Below are positions 42,188-52,162 of a DNA stretch of 64,000 nucleotides, one piece after another. Source of the stretch: an uncultured Thermoplasmata archaeon (lineage in GTDB: Archaea > Thermoplasmatota > Thermoplasmata > Lutacidiplasmatales > UBA184); the NCBI GenBank assembly GCA_963797975.1, contig CAWCRH010000006.1, positions 10,754-74,753 of the forward strand. Reading direction: 5' to 3'. Made by a program: the position numbers and the translations under genes. Under the pieces are notes generated by a model, which was not told the origin of the DNA, did no database searches, and saw nothing but the letters and a program-made list of their open reading frames with translations. The stretch's first letter is position 1, and every line of letters begins with the position of its first letter.

Positions 42188-44596
42188 TGATGAACGCTGC
42201 GCCGGGGACCGGAAGTTGCAGGGTGTTGGTGTTGATCTGGAAATTCATCACAGGGTTCGGACCGTTGTCGGTGAGCCAGCTGCGCATCGTCCAGTTGATC
42301 GGGGTCGTTATGGTCGAGCCGTTCACCGGGACGTTGTACTCGTAGACGGACTGGGACAGGTATAGGCCGTAGAAGGGGAAGACGACCCAGCCGGTGTAGT
42401 TGACCGACCAGCCAAATGGACTCCTCGCGATGTAGATCACATTCTGGATCCAGTAGATCGGCGCGCCGAGGCTGTTTGCCAGGAAGAAGTTCTGCTGAAC
42501 CGACGCGTTGTACGCGACCCCGGCCGAGGTCACGTTGAGTCCGGTCAACGAAAGGACGTTCTCGACCCCATTTAGTGAGAAATCCTGACCGCTGTAGTTG
42601 TAGTTGAGGACATAGGTCGTGAAGTTGTAGGCGTCCAGCGATCCCCAGCCCGTGACCAGGTCGTACCCCCGCAGAGCGGAGAACGCGAAGTTCATCCCGA
42701 CGGTCACATCGTTCAGCGGAAGGCTCGGGAGCGTGCTATTCCAAGCACCCGTGGGGGTAAATCCGGTCGAGTTCGTATCCGCGAACGGGGTGACCATCGC
42801 GTCCGCCCACTGGTAGATCGTCGGGTCGACGAACCCCAACGACGGCTTCGTGTAGTGGGCCAGGACGGCGTCGATCTCGGCGAACAGGCCCGCGGTCACC
42901 GGGGAAGCGATGGACGTTCCCCACGCCCAGTACCACTTGGGACGTGCCCCCGTCCACCGTGAGGTAGATGATCGTGTTGTTCGCGATCGCGGCGACGTCA
43001 GGGTACGCCGCGGTTCGACCCTAGTCCTGCGGAGAGGATTACGCCATTTGCCTCCGAGCTCACCTGCCAGGAGGGCTCGCCGTAGAACGGACTCACGCCT
43101 CCGGAGCTCCCAACCTGGTCGGTGCCGGAGTCGTAGTGGGGGTTGTACCAGGCGACCTCGCTCTGGATATGGAGGTACTGGGCGGCCGGGAAGGTCTGCG
43201 TGGTTAGCGTGAGGGTGGTTCCGCCGACGGCCGTTACCCCGTAGGCATCGAACCCCACCGTGGAGGGAAACTCCGTGTCCCCACCGGACCAGCGAGAAGA
43301 GAACTGAGAGTCACCCGCATCCCCCGTGGAGGCGAGGACCGTGATGCCTCGGGCCGCGGCATCCTGCATGTACGACGTCCATGCCGCGTCGGTATGGTCC
43401 TGCTCGCCCCAGGAGTTCGTGATCACGTTGACGCCGGGAAGGTTGCTGAGGATGTATCCCATCGCCGCATCGGTTTCCGAGTCCAGCGAGCTCAGGCCGT
43501 AGACGTTGTAGATGGTGCTCCCTGGCGCGACGCTTCCGACCATGTCGACGTCCAGCGTGTTCTCGAAGACGGCGCCCGACACGTCAAAACCTGCCTGGAT
43601 CCCGGGGGCGGGAGCACCGTCGAACGGTACCCCGATCACCGTGGAGTGCGGCTGGCCCGCCGGAATCGTGTCATTGTAGTAGCTGTAGACGTCGTTCGGG
43701 TCGTAGCTTCCGGTGAGGTCCGCCGAGGGGCACGTCCCGGACGTCGAGATCGTGCAGCCGGCCCAGAGGATCGTCGCAACCTGTTCCCCGGTCGGGAACG
43801 TCACGTTGAGCAACGCTTGCTCGTCGTAGGCAACCTGCAGGTCGGACCCGTACAGGCATTGGGTCCCGCCACAGTTCTCCGGGGCGGGATATCCGCCGGA
43901 CCGCGCTGCGGCGGGACTCAGATCGGGCAGAGGGGTCACGTCGGCGAGCGTCGTTTGCGCGTCCAGGTAGCTCGACAACCCCTCGAGCTGCACGACCGAC
44001 GAGGCGATCGGCGCGGGCAACGTCGGAGCGCCCACGGGAGCGTAGTACGCCCCGCGGCCCTCGCTCGTGTACGACGCCAAGGAGACCCCGAACGCTTGGT
44101 CGACCGAATGGGCCGGTCCCTGAACCAGCATGCCGATCCGATCCGCGTAGGAGATGACGGTGAGTCCGTCGACCGCACCGAAGTAGCTCTTTGCGCCGGC
44201 GTAGGGCGCCGGCGCGGGGGCGAATCGGGAAATGAATTGGCTCTCCGTCAGATAGTGATGGTACTGCGGGCTTTGTGGATTGGCCAGAGCCGAGAGCAGC
44301 GTGTTGAGCTGGCTCGAGTTCGTGAGAGCGAACGTGACGAACACCGAGGCGTCCCCCGAGTAGGAACCGGTCATGGCGGCACCCGCCGGGGCGCCGGATA
44401 GGGAGGGCACCGGAGCTCGGGGAGCGGCCTCGATGGCGGCCAACGCCATGGATGAACCGAATGGGGGCCCGGTCGAGGCCAAGGATGCTCGAGGGGCGAT
44501 ACCGGCAAGGCTCGGCCCGAGGATCGTGGCCAGGGAGACCATGATGACAGCGGCCGCGAGCAGGAGGGGGAAACCGGCGGGTCGGTAAGGTGGCAC
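41937..44596 (-). CDS. sedolisin (peptidase S53, pro-kumamolisin type) with signal peptide, frameshifted two or three times
   Basis: GGAG about 8 nt upstream of a GTG start at 44596. Signal peptide RPAGFPLLLAAAVIMVSLATILG. Pro-kumamolisin activation domain (VFVTFALTNSSQLNTLLSALANPQSPQYHHYLTESQFISRFAP). Catalytic region ITNSWGEQD ... GVTAVGGTT ... RGVPDVAAIANNTIIYLTVDGG ... WGTSIASPVTAGLFAEI, spread over three frames (ORFs 44902-42998, 42957-42736, 42899-41937). Shifts are at about 42996-43003 (stop plus frame change) and in the C-run at 42947-42951. A glycosylation-rich extension lies C-terminal to it. Confidence 0.8.
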
Positions 44597-44849
44597 GAAA
44601 TTTCTCCTGCCGCCGTCCCTGTCAGCCAGGACCAAAGAAAGCGCGCTTGGGATAATCCTTCTGGGATGGAGGCAGCCCGAAGAGGACCCCGCACCGTTCG
44701 ATGGGGTGAAGGAACGGAGAAAGCCCTCTCGTGCTCTTTCCAGGAGAAGGACGGACCGTCGCGTGGTCGACGAGCGAGACGAAGTGGGAAAACCGCGGGC
44801 GAACGTCGGCACAGCCGTTATGAACGGCACGCGGCTCGGCCGGTCGTCG

Positions 44850-45119
44850 ATGGCAACCGGACCGAATGCGGAAGCGGTCGTGGAAGTGCGCGTCGAGCTC
44901 AAGCCGGGAATCCTGGACGCTGAAGCCGAGAACGTCGAGAAGGCCCTCGGACTATTGCGAATCGCACCGGTTCCCCGGGTCGTGACCGCCCGAATCTACG
45001 AACTTCACTTTCGAGGTATCTCTCTGGACGAGGCCGAGGCCCGAGCCCGGGAAGCGGTCGACCGCCTGCTGGCGAACCCGGTCGTCCACCAGGTCACGAT
45101 CCGACGGCGTACCCCCTGA
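44850..45119 (+). CDS. purS: phosphoribosylformylglycinamidine synthase subunit PurS
   Basis: About 89-aa C-terminal part of ORF 44706..45119 (VVEVRVELKPGILDAEAENVEKAL...ARIYELHF). Typical PurS size, immediately upstream of purL. Confidence 0.7.
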   Translation: MATGPNAEAVVEVRVELKPGILDAEAENVEKALGLLRIAPVPRVVTARIYELHFRGISLDEAEARAREAVDRLLANPVVHQVTIRRRTP

Positions 45120-45122
45120 TCC

Positions 45123-47450
45123 ATGGCCGAGCCGAGTGGGGCCGAGGGCGAGTGGGCTCCCGGTGTATCGACGGTCCCTTTCCGTAACCGCCGGTTGAGC
45201 GACCTCAGCGCTACGAGCCGGGCGCGGAGCTGGGGGTTCGACCGGGCTGAGCTCTCCCGCATTCGCCACTATTTTCAGGAGGCGGGCCGCGACCCGACCG
45301 ATGTGGAGGTCGCCGCGCTCGCTCAGAGCTGGAGCGAGCACTGCAGCTACAAGAGCAGCCGACCGTTCCTTCGCCGGGCGTTCGGCCCCTTCCGCCTCCT
45401 TCCGCGTGTCCTCGGCACCGGGGATGCCGGGGTAATGCGGTTCGGCGACGGCTTCGCTTACGCCCTGAGGATCGAGTCGCACAACCACCCCTCCGCCGTC
45501 GAGCCGTACGGCGGAGCCGCCACGGGCATCGGCGGGATCCTTCGAGACGTGCTGGCGGTCGGGGGCCAACCCATCGGACTCGCGGACCCTCTCTTCTTCG
45601 GCCCGCTCGACCTACCGACGACGGAACTCCCGCGCGGCGTGAAAAGCCCTCACTATCTGTTCAGCGGCGTCGTCGCCGGCATCCGCGACTATGGAAACCG
45701 TGTCGGGGTCCCTACGGTCTCGGGGTCGGTCTACTTCGACCGAGATTACGTGGTGAACCCCCTGGTCAACGTCGGATGTGTCGGATGGCTCCCGCGCCGT
45801 CGGCTCTGCCCCAACCGGGCCCGTTCGCCGGGTGACCAGGTGGTCCTGGTGGGGGGACGTACCGGGAGGGATGGCATAGGAGGCGTGGCCTTCGCTTCAC
45901 GCGAGCTCGAAGAGCGCAGCGAGGAGGAGTCCCGCGGCGCCGTGCAGCTAGGGAACCCTATCGGGAAGGAACCCCTCATCCATGCCTGCCTCGAAGCGCT
46001 AGACCGTCGGTTGGTCGCGGGCATGAAGGACCTAGGCGGAGGTGGTCTGGCGACCGCTTCCGGCGAACTCGCCCACGCGGGGGGGCTCGGGATGCGGGTG
46101 GACCTCGCGCGCGTCCCCTGCCGGGAGTCAAGCCTTCGGCCGTGGGAGATCTGGATCTCCGAATCCCAGGAACGGATGGTCCTGGACGTACGACCGAAGC
46201 ACGTCGATGCAGTCCGAGAGATCTTCCGAAAGTTCGACGTCCCGGTTGCGGTCATCGGAGAGTTCACGACCGGCCGGTTCGAGGAGTTGAGCTACGACGG
46301 CCAGCCCGCGGGCCGGCTCGATCTCGGTTTCCGGGTCAACCCGTTGCCGAAACACCGCCCGCTCCGCCTTCGTCGAGCTCGGCGACCCGGCCGGCCCCCC
46401 TCGATCAGAGGTGACCCGAGCCGGATCTTTCAGGACCTGGTCCTGGACCCGCAATCCCGCTCCCGCGAGGGTGTGATCCGCGTCTACGACCACGAGGTAC
46501 AAGGGCGGACCGTGATCCACCCGCTTCACGGCCAGGTCACCTCCCCCTCGCACGGCGACGCGAGCGTGCTTCGCCCTCGCCCCGAGAGTTGGAAGGCGCT
46601 CGCCGTCACGGTCGCTACCGGCCCGGCTCTGTGTCGCGAGGAACCCGAAACCGGTGCGGTATCCATCGTGGAGGAGGCGGCCCGCAATCTCTACGCTGTG
46701 GGCGCGCTCCCCGACGCGTTCACGAACTGCCTGAATTTCGGAAACCCCGAGGACCCGAAGGTGCTCGGAGATTTCGCGGCCGTGGTCCGGGGTCTCGCGC
46801 GGGGGGCCCGCGCGCTAGGCTTCGCGGTACCGAGCGGCAACGTCAGTTTCTACAACGGTGGGATCGGACGCGGGATCCCCCCGACGCCCGTGCTGATGGC
46901 CACGGGGCTCGTCCACGACCTCCGCCGGGCGCTGACCTCCGACCTGAAGGCCGCGGGCTCGACGCTCTACCTTTTGGGGCGTTCCGTTCCCGAGTTGGGA
47001 GGTTCGCTTTGGGCGAGACGAGCCAACCGCTCGGGATTGGCCATACCGCCCGTTGCGCCCCATCGGGTGCGCGTTCTGGGCGAGCGGTTGGTCGCCGCCG
47101 CGGCTCGTGGCCTCGTCGCCTCGGCCCACGACATCTCCGAAGGCGGGTTGGCGGTGACGCTCGCAGAGATGGCATTCGGAGGCCATCTCGGCTTCGAGGT
47201 AGACCTCGCGCGGGCAGGGCTCCCGTCGGCGACGCTCGCCCTCGCGGCCGAGGGGCAATCTCGGTGGGTCATCGAATCGCGACCCGGCCGTGAGCGGGCG
47301 CTCGAGCGGTTCTTCCGCGGACTGCCCCTCCGATCCCTCGGCAGCGTACACGAGAACGCAGGCGTGCTCCGATGGGGTGAAGAGCGCACCGGATCCATCG
47401 ACCTCGATGAGCTCTACTCGACGTGGAGGCTAGGCCCCGGTGCCGCCTAA
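45123..47450 (+). CDS. purL: phosphoribosylformylglycinamidine synthase subunit II (FGAM synthase PurL)
   Basis: 775 aa with two PurM-like AIRS domains (SEHCSYKSS, ESHNHPSAVEPYGGAATGIGG, GNPIGKEP). Colinear with PurL. Confidence 0.9.
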   Translation: MAEPSGAEGEWAPGVSTVPFRNRRLSDLSATSRARSWGFDRAELSRIRHYFQEAGRDPTDVEVAALAQSWSEHCSYKSSRPFLRRAFGPFRLLPRVLGTGDAGVMRFGDGFAYALRIESHNHPSAVEPYGGAATGIGGILRDVLAVGGQPIGLADPLFFGPLDLPTTELPRGVKSPHYLFSGVVAGIRDYGNRVGVPTVSGSVYFDRDYVVNPLVNVGCVGWLPRRRLCPNRARSPGDQVVLVGGRTGRDGIGGVAFASRELEERSEEESRGAVQLGNPIGKEPLIHACLEALDRRLVAGMKDLGGGGLATASGELAHAGGLGMRVDLARVPCRESSLRPWEIWISESQERMVLDVRPKHVDAVREIFRKFDVPVAVIGEFTTGRFEELSYDGQPAGRLDLGFRVNPLPKHRPLRLRRARRPGRPPSIRGDPSRIFQDLVLDPQSRSREGVIRVYDHEVQGRTVIHPLHGQVTSPSHGDASVLRPRPESWKALAVTVATGPALCREEPETGAVSIVEEAARNLYAVGALPDAFTNCLNFGNPEDPKVLGDFAAVVRGLARGARALGFAVPSGNVSFYNGGIGRGIPPTPVLMATGLVHDLRRALTSDLKAAGSTLYLLGRSVPELGGSLWARRANRSGLAIPPVAPHRVRVLGERLVAAAARGLVASAHDISEGGLAVTLAEMAFGGHLGFEVDLARAGLPSATLALAAEGQSRWVIESRPGRERALERFFRGLPLRSLGSVHENAGVLRWGEERTGSIDLDELYSTWRLGPGAA

Positions 47451-48180
47451 CGCCTCCACAGTTCCGGCTCGGACGACGGCGCTCGTATCGGGAGGAAAGG
47501 ACTCAATCTATGCCGCGTACTTGGCCGAGATGCAGGGCTGGCCCGTTCGCGAGCTCCTCGTGATGGAGCCCAGCGACCGGGACTCGTGGCTCTTCCACAC
47601 GCCGAACCTGAAGATGGTCGACCTACAGGGGTCCTCTTGGTCGAAGCCCGTACGTCGGGTGAAGGTACCGGCGGCGGATGCCGAGCAGGAGACATTCGCG
47701 TTACGCGACGCGTTGGCCGGCGGTCATGGTCCGGTATCGGTTGGTGCGATCGCTTCATCGTTCCAGTGGGCCCGCGTCCTCCGGGCGGCCGACGGCTCGG
47801 CCCGGAGGGTCTACGCCCCTCTCTGGCGCGTAGAGCCGGGGCGGGTGGTCCGCGAAGAGCTCGAGGCCGGGCTGGACATTCGGATCGTCCAAGTCGCGGC
47901 CGAGGGCCTGTCCGCCGATTGGTTGGGCCAACGTCTCACGCCGACGCTGCTCGAAGAGATCGAACGGCGCTCGGCCACGGGGCTTGCCGTCAACCCCGCC
48001 GGGGAAGGCGGCGAGTATGAGACCCTCGTGGTTGATGCCCCGTTCTTCTCCTCTCGACTGATCATCGACGAGGCCGAAACCCTCGCGCGAGGTCCCCTCG
48101 TCCAATGGACCGTTAACCGCGCTCACCTCGAGCCAAAGGGCCTCTCTTCGGACCGCGGTCCGACCCGGGGTCGACGATAG
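47440..48180 (+). CDS. PP-loop ATPase, diphthine-ammonia ligase-like (Dph6 / MJ0570 family)
   Basis: ALVSGGKDS PP-loop at the N-terminus and a C-terminal EGGEYETLVVDAPFF motif, typical of DUF71/Dph6. Confidence 0.7.
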   Translation: MPPNASTVPARTTALVSGGKDSIYAAYLAEMQGWPVRELLVMEPSDRDSWLFHTPNLKMVDLQGSSWSKPVRRVKVPAADAEQETFALRDALAGGHGPVSVGAIASSFQWARVLRAADGSARRVYAPLWRVEPGRVVREELEAGLDIRIVQVAAEGLSADWLGQRLTPTLLEEIERRSATGLAVNPAGEGGEYETLVVDAPFFSSRLIIDEAETLARGPLVQWTVNRAHLEPKGLSSDRGPTRGRR

Positions 48181-48181
48181 C

Positions 48182-48934
48182 ATGGCCGCCGGATGGGACC
48201 GCGTTGACCCGCCCGAGGAGGCCGTCGTCGCCGCCCGGCAGCTCGGGGACCCGCGCGCCCGGCCCAACGTGCGTTGGCTCGCGGCACTCCTCGGGGGCCG
48301 GATAGAGGAGACACGGTCGGCCCTGGCGGAACTGGGAGGTCTCGCGGACATCCACGCGGAGGTCCGCCGCCGGCACGAGGCGGGAGGGCGACGGGGGTAC
48401 GCTCAGTTCCGGGCCCCGTTCGAGCTCTACGCTCTGATCCGCCTCCTCCGTCCGGCGCACGTCGTCGAGACCGGCGTGAGCAGCGGCGTTTCCTCGACGT
48501 ACGCTCTTCTGGCCCTACGGCGCAACCGTCGCGGGACTCTCCACTCGATCGACCGACCGCTCCGCCAGCGAGGCGCTCGTTTCGACCCCCGAGAATCCCC
48601 CGTCGTTCTCCCTCCGGGCCGACGGACGGGTTGGGCCGTCCCGGCCCGACTTCGGGCGAGATGGGACCTTCGCATCGGCCCGAGCGAGCGGCTCCTACCC
48701 AGGCTCGTTCGAGAGCTCCCGTCGATCGGCCTTTTCCTCCACGATAGTCGCCATACGCCGAGCCACCTTCGCTTCGAACTGGTCACCGTTCGCCCTAAGC
48801 TCGTCCCCGGCGCCGTGGTCTTAGCAGACAACACCATCTGGACCGGGGAAGCATTTCCGCGGTTCGCGCGCGAACTCGGCGCCCGCGTCCGTCGCCGGGG
48901 CCACGGAGACCTGGTAGGGCTTACGGTCCCATGA
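48182..48934 (+). CDS. predicted class I SAM-dependent methyltransferase (CmcI/O-methyltransferase-like)
   Basis: VVETGVSSGVSSTYALLAL (glycine-rich SAM motif I-like) and LFLHDSRHTPSHLRFE...VVLADN (CmcI-like layout). Start overlaps the preceding stop. Confidence 0.45.
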   Translation: MAAGWDRVDPPEEAVVAARQLGDPRARPNVRWLAALLGGRIEETRSALAELGGLADIHAEVRRRHEAGGRRGYAQFRAPFELYALIRLLRPAHVVETGVSSGVSSTYALLALRRNRRGTLHSIDRPLRQRGARFDPRESPVVLPPGRRTGWAVPARLRARWDLRIGPSERLLPRLVRELPSIGLFLHDSRHTPSHLRFELVTVRPKLVPGAVVLADNTIWTGEAFPRFARELGARVRRRGHGDLVGLTVP

Positions 48935-49013
48935 TCGCCGCCGCTCACCCGGCTGGCATGCCCGCAAGGCCGCGACCGCCCACGGGAAAGTTATCACTGC
49001 CCCCGCGTCTTCT

Positions 49014-50726
49014 GTGACCATGGCTTTGAGCCGTAGTCGGGGGGTCGCACACTCAACCCCTCCCGCCTCCGACCCCGTGGCGGAGGCCCAGACCCGCTGG
49101 GAAGCGGAAGTGCTCGCTCCGGCGCTCGCGAAGAGCCCGGAACGCCAGGACCGGTTCACGACGATGGGCGGGATCCCCGTCGACCGCCTCTACACTCCGC
49201 GATCCTCGCCGCGCGACCCGGCCCGCCTCCCGCCTCCCGGACAGTACCCGTACACTCGAGGCATCCATCCGACGATGTACCACGGGCGGGTCTGGTCGAT
49301 GCGCATGTTCTCTGGCTTCGGCACGCCGGAGGACACGAACCGTCGCTTCCGCTACCTCCTCGCCCACGGAGAGTCCGGCCTGTCCATCGCCTTTGACGAC
49401 CCCACGCTCTATGGAATCGACGCGGACGACCCCGAAGCGCTCGGCGAGGTCGGAAAGTGCGGCGTCAACGTCAGCTCGCTCGACGATATGCGACGCCTGC
49501 TAAGGGGGATCCCGCTCGACCAGGTCACGACCAGCATGACCATCAACGCCCCGGCGAACGCGGTCTGGGGCATGTACATCCTCGCGGCCGAGGCGATGGA
49601 TATCGCGCCGGCGCAACTAGGCGGGACGACGCAGAACGACATCCTGAAGGAGTACATCGCGCAGAAGGAGTTCCTCTATCCTCCGCGGCCGGCGCTGCGT
49701 CTCGTCGTCGATACGATCGAGTACGCCACGCGACACCTTCCCCGCTGGAACCCGGTCTCGATCTCGGGCTATCACATCCGAGAGGCGGGCTCGACGGCGG
49801 TCCAGGAGCTCGCCTTCACGCTGGCGGATGGAATGGCCTACGTTGAGGCGACCATCGAGCGAGGGGTCCCCGTGGACGATTTCGCCCCGCGACTTTCCTT
49901 CTTCTTCAACTCGCACAACGACTTCTTCGAGGAGATCGCGAAATTCCGCGCGGCGCGCCGGATCTGGGCTCGGGCGATGCGGGAGCGGTTCGGCGCTCGG
50001 AAGGAGCGTTCGCTGTTGATGCGCTTTCATACCCAGACGGCCGGCTGCTCGTGCACCGCCCAGCAGCCCGAGCTCAACATCGTCCGCACGACGATCCAGG
50101 CGCTGGCCGGGGTGATCGGGGGGACCCAATCGCTCCACACCAACTCCTACGACGAGGCGCTCCAGCTCCCGAGCGAGGACGCCGTTCGGATCGCGCTGCG
50201 CACCCAGCAGATCCTGGCCCACGAGTCCGGGGTCACGCGCGCGATCGACCCGTTCGGGGGCAGCTACTACGTCGAATGGCTCACGGACCGCATGGAGGAG
50301 GAGGCCGAGCGCTATTTTGACCGCATCGCGGAGATGGGCGGGGTCGTCCCCGCGATCGAGCGCGGTTTCTTCCAGCGAGAGATCCAGGAGGCCTCGTTCC
50401 GCTACCAACGCGCCGTCGACCGGGGCGAGACGAAGGTCGTCGGGGTGAACGCCTACACGGTCGATCAACCGGTGAAGGTTCCGCGTCTCAAGATTTCGGA
50501 ACAGGCCCGCCGCGATCAGTCCCGGCGCCTTCGGATCCTGCGGGAACGGAGGTCGACCGCACGACACACCCACGCGCTCGCCGCGCTCCGCCGGGTCGCG
50601 GCCACCGAAGGCGAGAACACCATGCCCGCCGTGCTCGACGCGCTGCGCGCGCGAGCGACGCTCGGCGAGATCGCCCGCGCGCTCCAAGAGGTCTATGGGA
50701 GCTATCGGGAGCGCTCGACGTACTAG
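49014..50726 (+). CDS. mcmA: methylmalonyl-CoA mutase, large (catalytic, N-terminal domain) subunit
   Basis: 570 aa, colinear with the MCM catalytic domain (PYTRGIHPTMYHGRVWSMRMFSGFGTPEDTNRRFRYLL, GLSIAFDDPTLYG). No B12-binding domain, as in archaeal split MCM. Confidence 0.9.
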   Translation: MTMALSRSRGVAHSTPPASDPVAEAQTRWEAEVLAPALAKSPERQDRFTTMGGIPVDRLYTPRSSPRDPARLPPPGQYPYTRGIHPTMYHGRVWSMRMFSGFGTPEDTNRRFRYLLAHGESGLSIAFDDPTLYGIDADDPEALGEVGKCGVNVSSLDDMRRLLRGIPLDQVTTSMTINAPANAVWGMYILAAEAMDIAPAQLGGTTQNDILKEYIAQKEFLYPPRPALRLVVDTIEYATRHLPRWNPVSISGYHIREAGSTAVQELAFTLADGMAYVEATIERGVPVDDFAPRLSFFFNSHNDFFEEIAKFRAARRIWARAMRERFGARKERSLLMRFHTQTAGCSCTAQQPELNIVRTTIQALAGVIGGTQSLHTNSYDEALQLPSEDAVRIALRTQQILAHESGVTRAIDPFGGSYYVEWLTDRMEEEAERYFDRIAEMGGVVPAIERGFFQREIQEASFRYQRAVDRGETKVVGVNAYTVDQPVKVPRLKISEQARRDQSRRLRILRERRSTARHTHALAALRRVAATEGENTMPAVLDALRARATLGEIARALQEVYGSYRERSTY

Positions 50727-50869
50727 ACCGCGGACCATCGCTTTTAGCCCGGCCCGGTTCTGACGGTCGGCGTTCTCCGTGGTCGTCCGAGGGTACCGCA
50801 CCGCACTAGAGGAGCTCTTCCAGCTCCGTCGTCTTCGGGATCGCGCCGAGCCTCGAGACGATCCGTGCC

Positions 50870-52162
50870 GTGCTCGCGGAGCTCGGAAACCCCCAGGAGA
50901 AATTCCCGTCGGTCCATATCACCGGCAGCAAGGGGAAGGGCTCGGTCGCCGCGATGACCGCGACGATCCTCACCGCGCACGGATACCGGACCGGCCTCTA
51001 CACATCGCCCCACCTCGTCAGCTATCGGGAACGCGCCCGGATCGATGGAGGGGAGATCGCTCCGCGAGAGGTCGTCCTGGGCCTTCGCCGGATCGAGCGA
51101 GCCGTGGGAGCGCTCCGCCGGCGTGGCGCGCTGGAACGCGAGCCGACGTTCTTCGAGACGACCACTGCTCTCGCGTTCGACTGGTTCGCGCGCTCGAAGG
51201 TCACTGCGGCGGTGGTCGAGGTGGGCATCGGAGGCCGGTGGGACGCGACCAATGTCCTGCGCTCGCGCGTCGGCGTGGTGACGACGCTCGAGCTCGAACA
51301 CACGGAGATCCTGGGTCCGACGCTCGAGGCGATCGCCCTCGAGAAGGCCGGCATATTCCACCCCGGGATGAGAGGCATCATCGGCCGTCTCCCACCCCAG
51401 GGTGAAACGGCCATCGAGCGAGTCGCCGACCGGCACGGTGTCGCCCTTTGGCATCTCGAGGAGGAGGTCACCGTAGCCGAGCGCGTCGCGACCCCGAGAG
51501 ACCAGCGCTTCGTGGTCGGCTGGCCGAAAGGGAACTCCCTTCCCGTCACCCTCCCTCTCATCGGCCGCTTTCAATCGGGGAACGCGGCGATGGCGGTCGC
51601 CGCGGCGTCCCTCTTCCTGTCGGACGGCGGAGTGGGCCTGCGCGGCCCTGCGACGCGTCGGGCTCTTCAACGGGTCCGCTGGCGGGGCCGCATGGAACGG
51701 GTGAGCCGTCGTCCACCGACGTACTTCGATGTCGCGCACACCCCCGAGAGCGCTGCCGCCGTCGCCGAGAGCGTAGCGGAGGTCGAGCCGTTCGCCGACC
51801 CCCAAACGAGCGCGATCGTCTTCGGATGCCTCGAGGGCAAGGACGCGGCGGGTCTGTTCTCCGCACTGAGCGGACTCGCACGGACGCTCATCCTGGTGCC
51901 CGTGCGTTCGCAACGGGCACGTTCCCCGGCTTCGCTGCGGCCGCTGGCCATAGCGCACTTTCCGCGTATCGTCATCGCTCCGAGCGCGACCGAAGGACTG
52001 GCGATTGGAAAGCTGGCGGTCGGTCCGATGGGCGTCCTCGTCGCCGTCGGCAGCGACTATCTGATCGGGGAGCTCCTGCGTGCCGAGGAACCCGGTGGCG
52101 AGGAGGAACCGGACCTCTCCGACCCGGGGTCGACACCGCCCCCCTCGGGGGGCCGGCTGTGA
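50870..52162 (+). CDS. folC: folylpolyglutamate synthase / dihydrofolate synthase (Mur ligase family FolC)
   Basis: HITGSKGKGS P-loop and Mur ligase middle/C-terminal blocks. The true start may be an upstream non-ATG codon (the in-frame upstream sequence SLETIRAVLAELGNP is FolC-like). Confidence 0.8.
   Translation: MLAELGNPQEKFPSVHITGSKGKGSVAAMTATILTAHGYRTGLYTSPHLVSYRERARIDGGEIAPREVVLGLRRIERAVGALRRRGALEREPTFFETTTALAFDWFARSKVTAAVVEVGIGGRWDATNVLRSRVGVVTTLELEHTEILGPTLEAIALEKAGIFHPGMRGIIGRLPPQGETAIERVADRHGVALWHLEEEVTVAERVATPRDQRFVVGWPKGNSLPVTLPLIGRFQSGNAAMAVAAASLFLSDGGVGLRGPATRRALQRVRWRGRMERVSRRPPTYFDVAHTPESAAAVAESVAEVEPFADPQTSAIVFGCLEGKDAAGLFSALSGLARTLILVPVRSQRARSPASLRPLAIAHFPRIVIAPSATEGLAIGKLAVGPMGVLVAVGSDYLIGELLRAEEPGGEEEPDLSDPGSTPPPSGGRL

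Noticed and set aside
51448-52158. N-terminal 237 codons of the long ORF 51448..53019
   Set aside because: These codons overlap folC in another frame and are Arg/Gly-rich noise. Only the part from the GTG at 52159 shows Nth homology.
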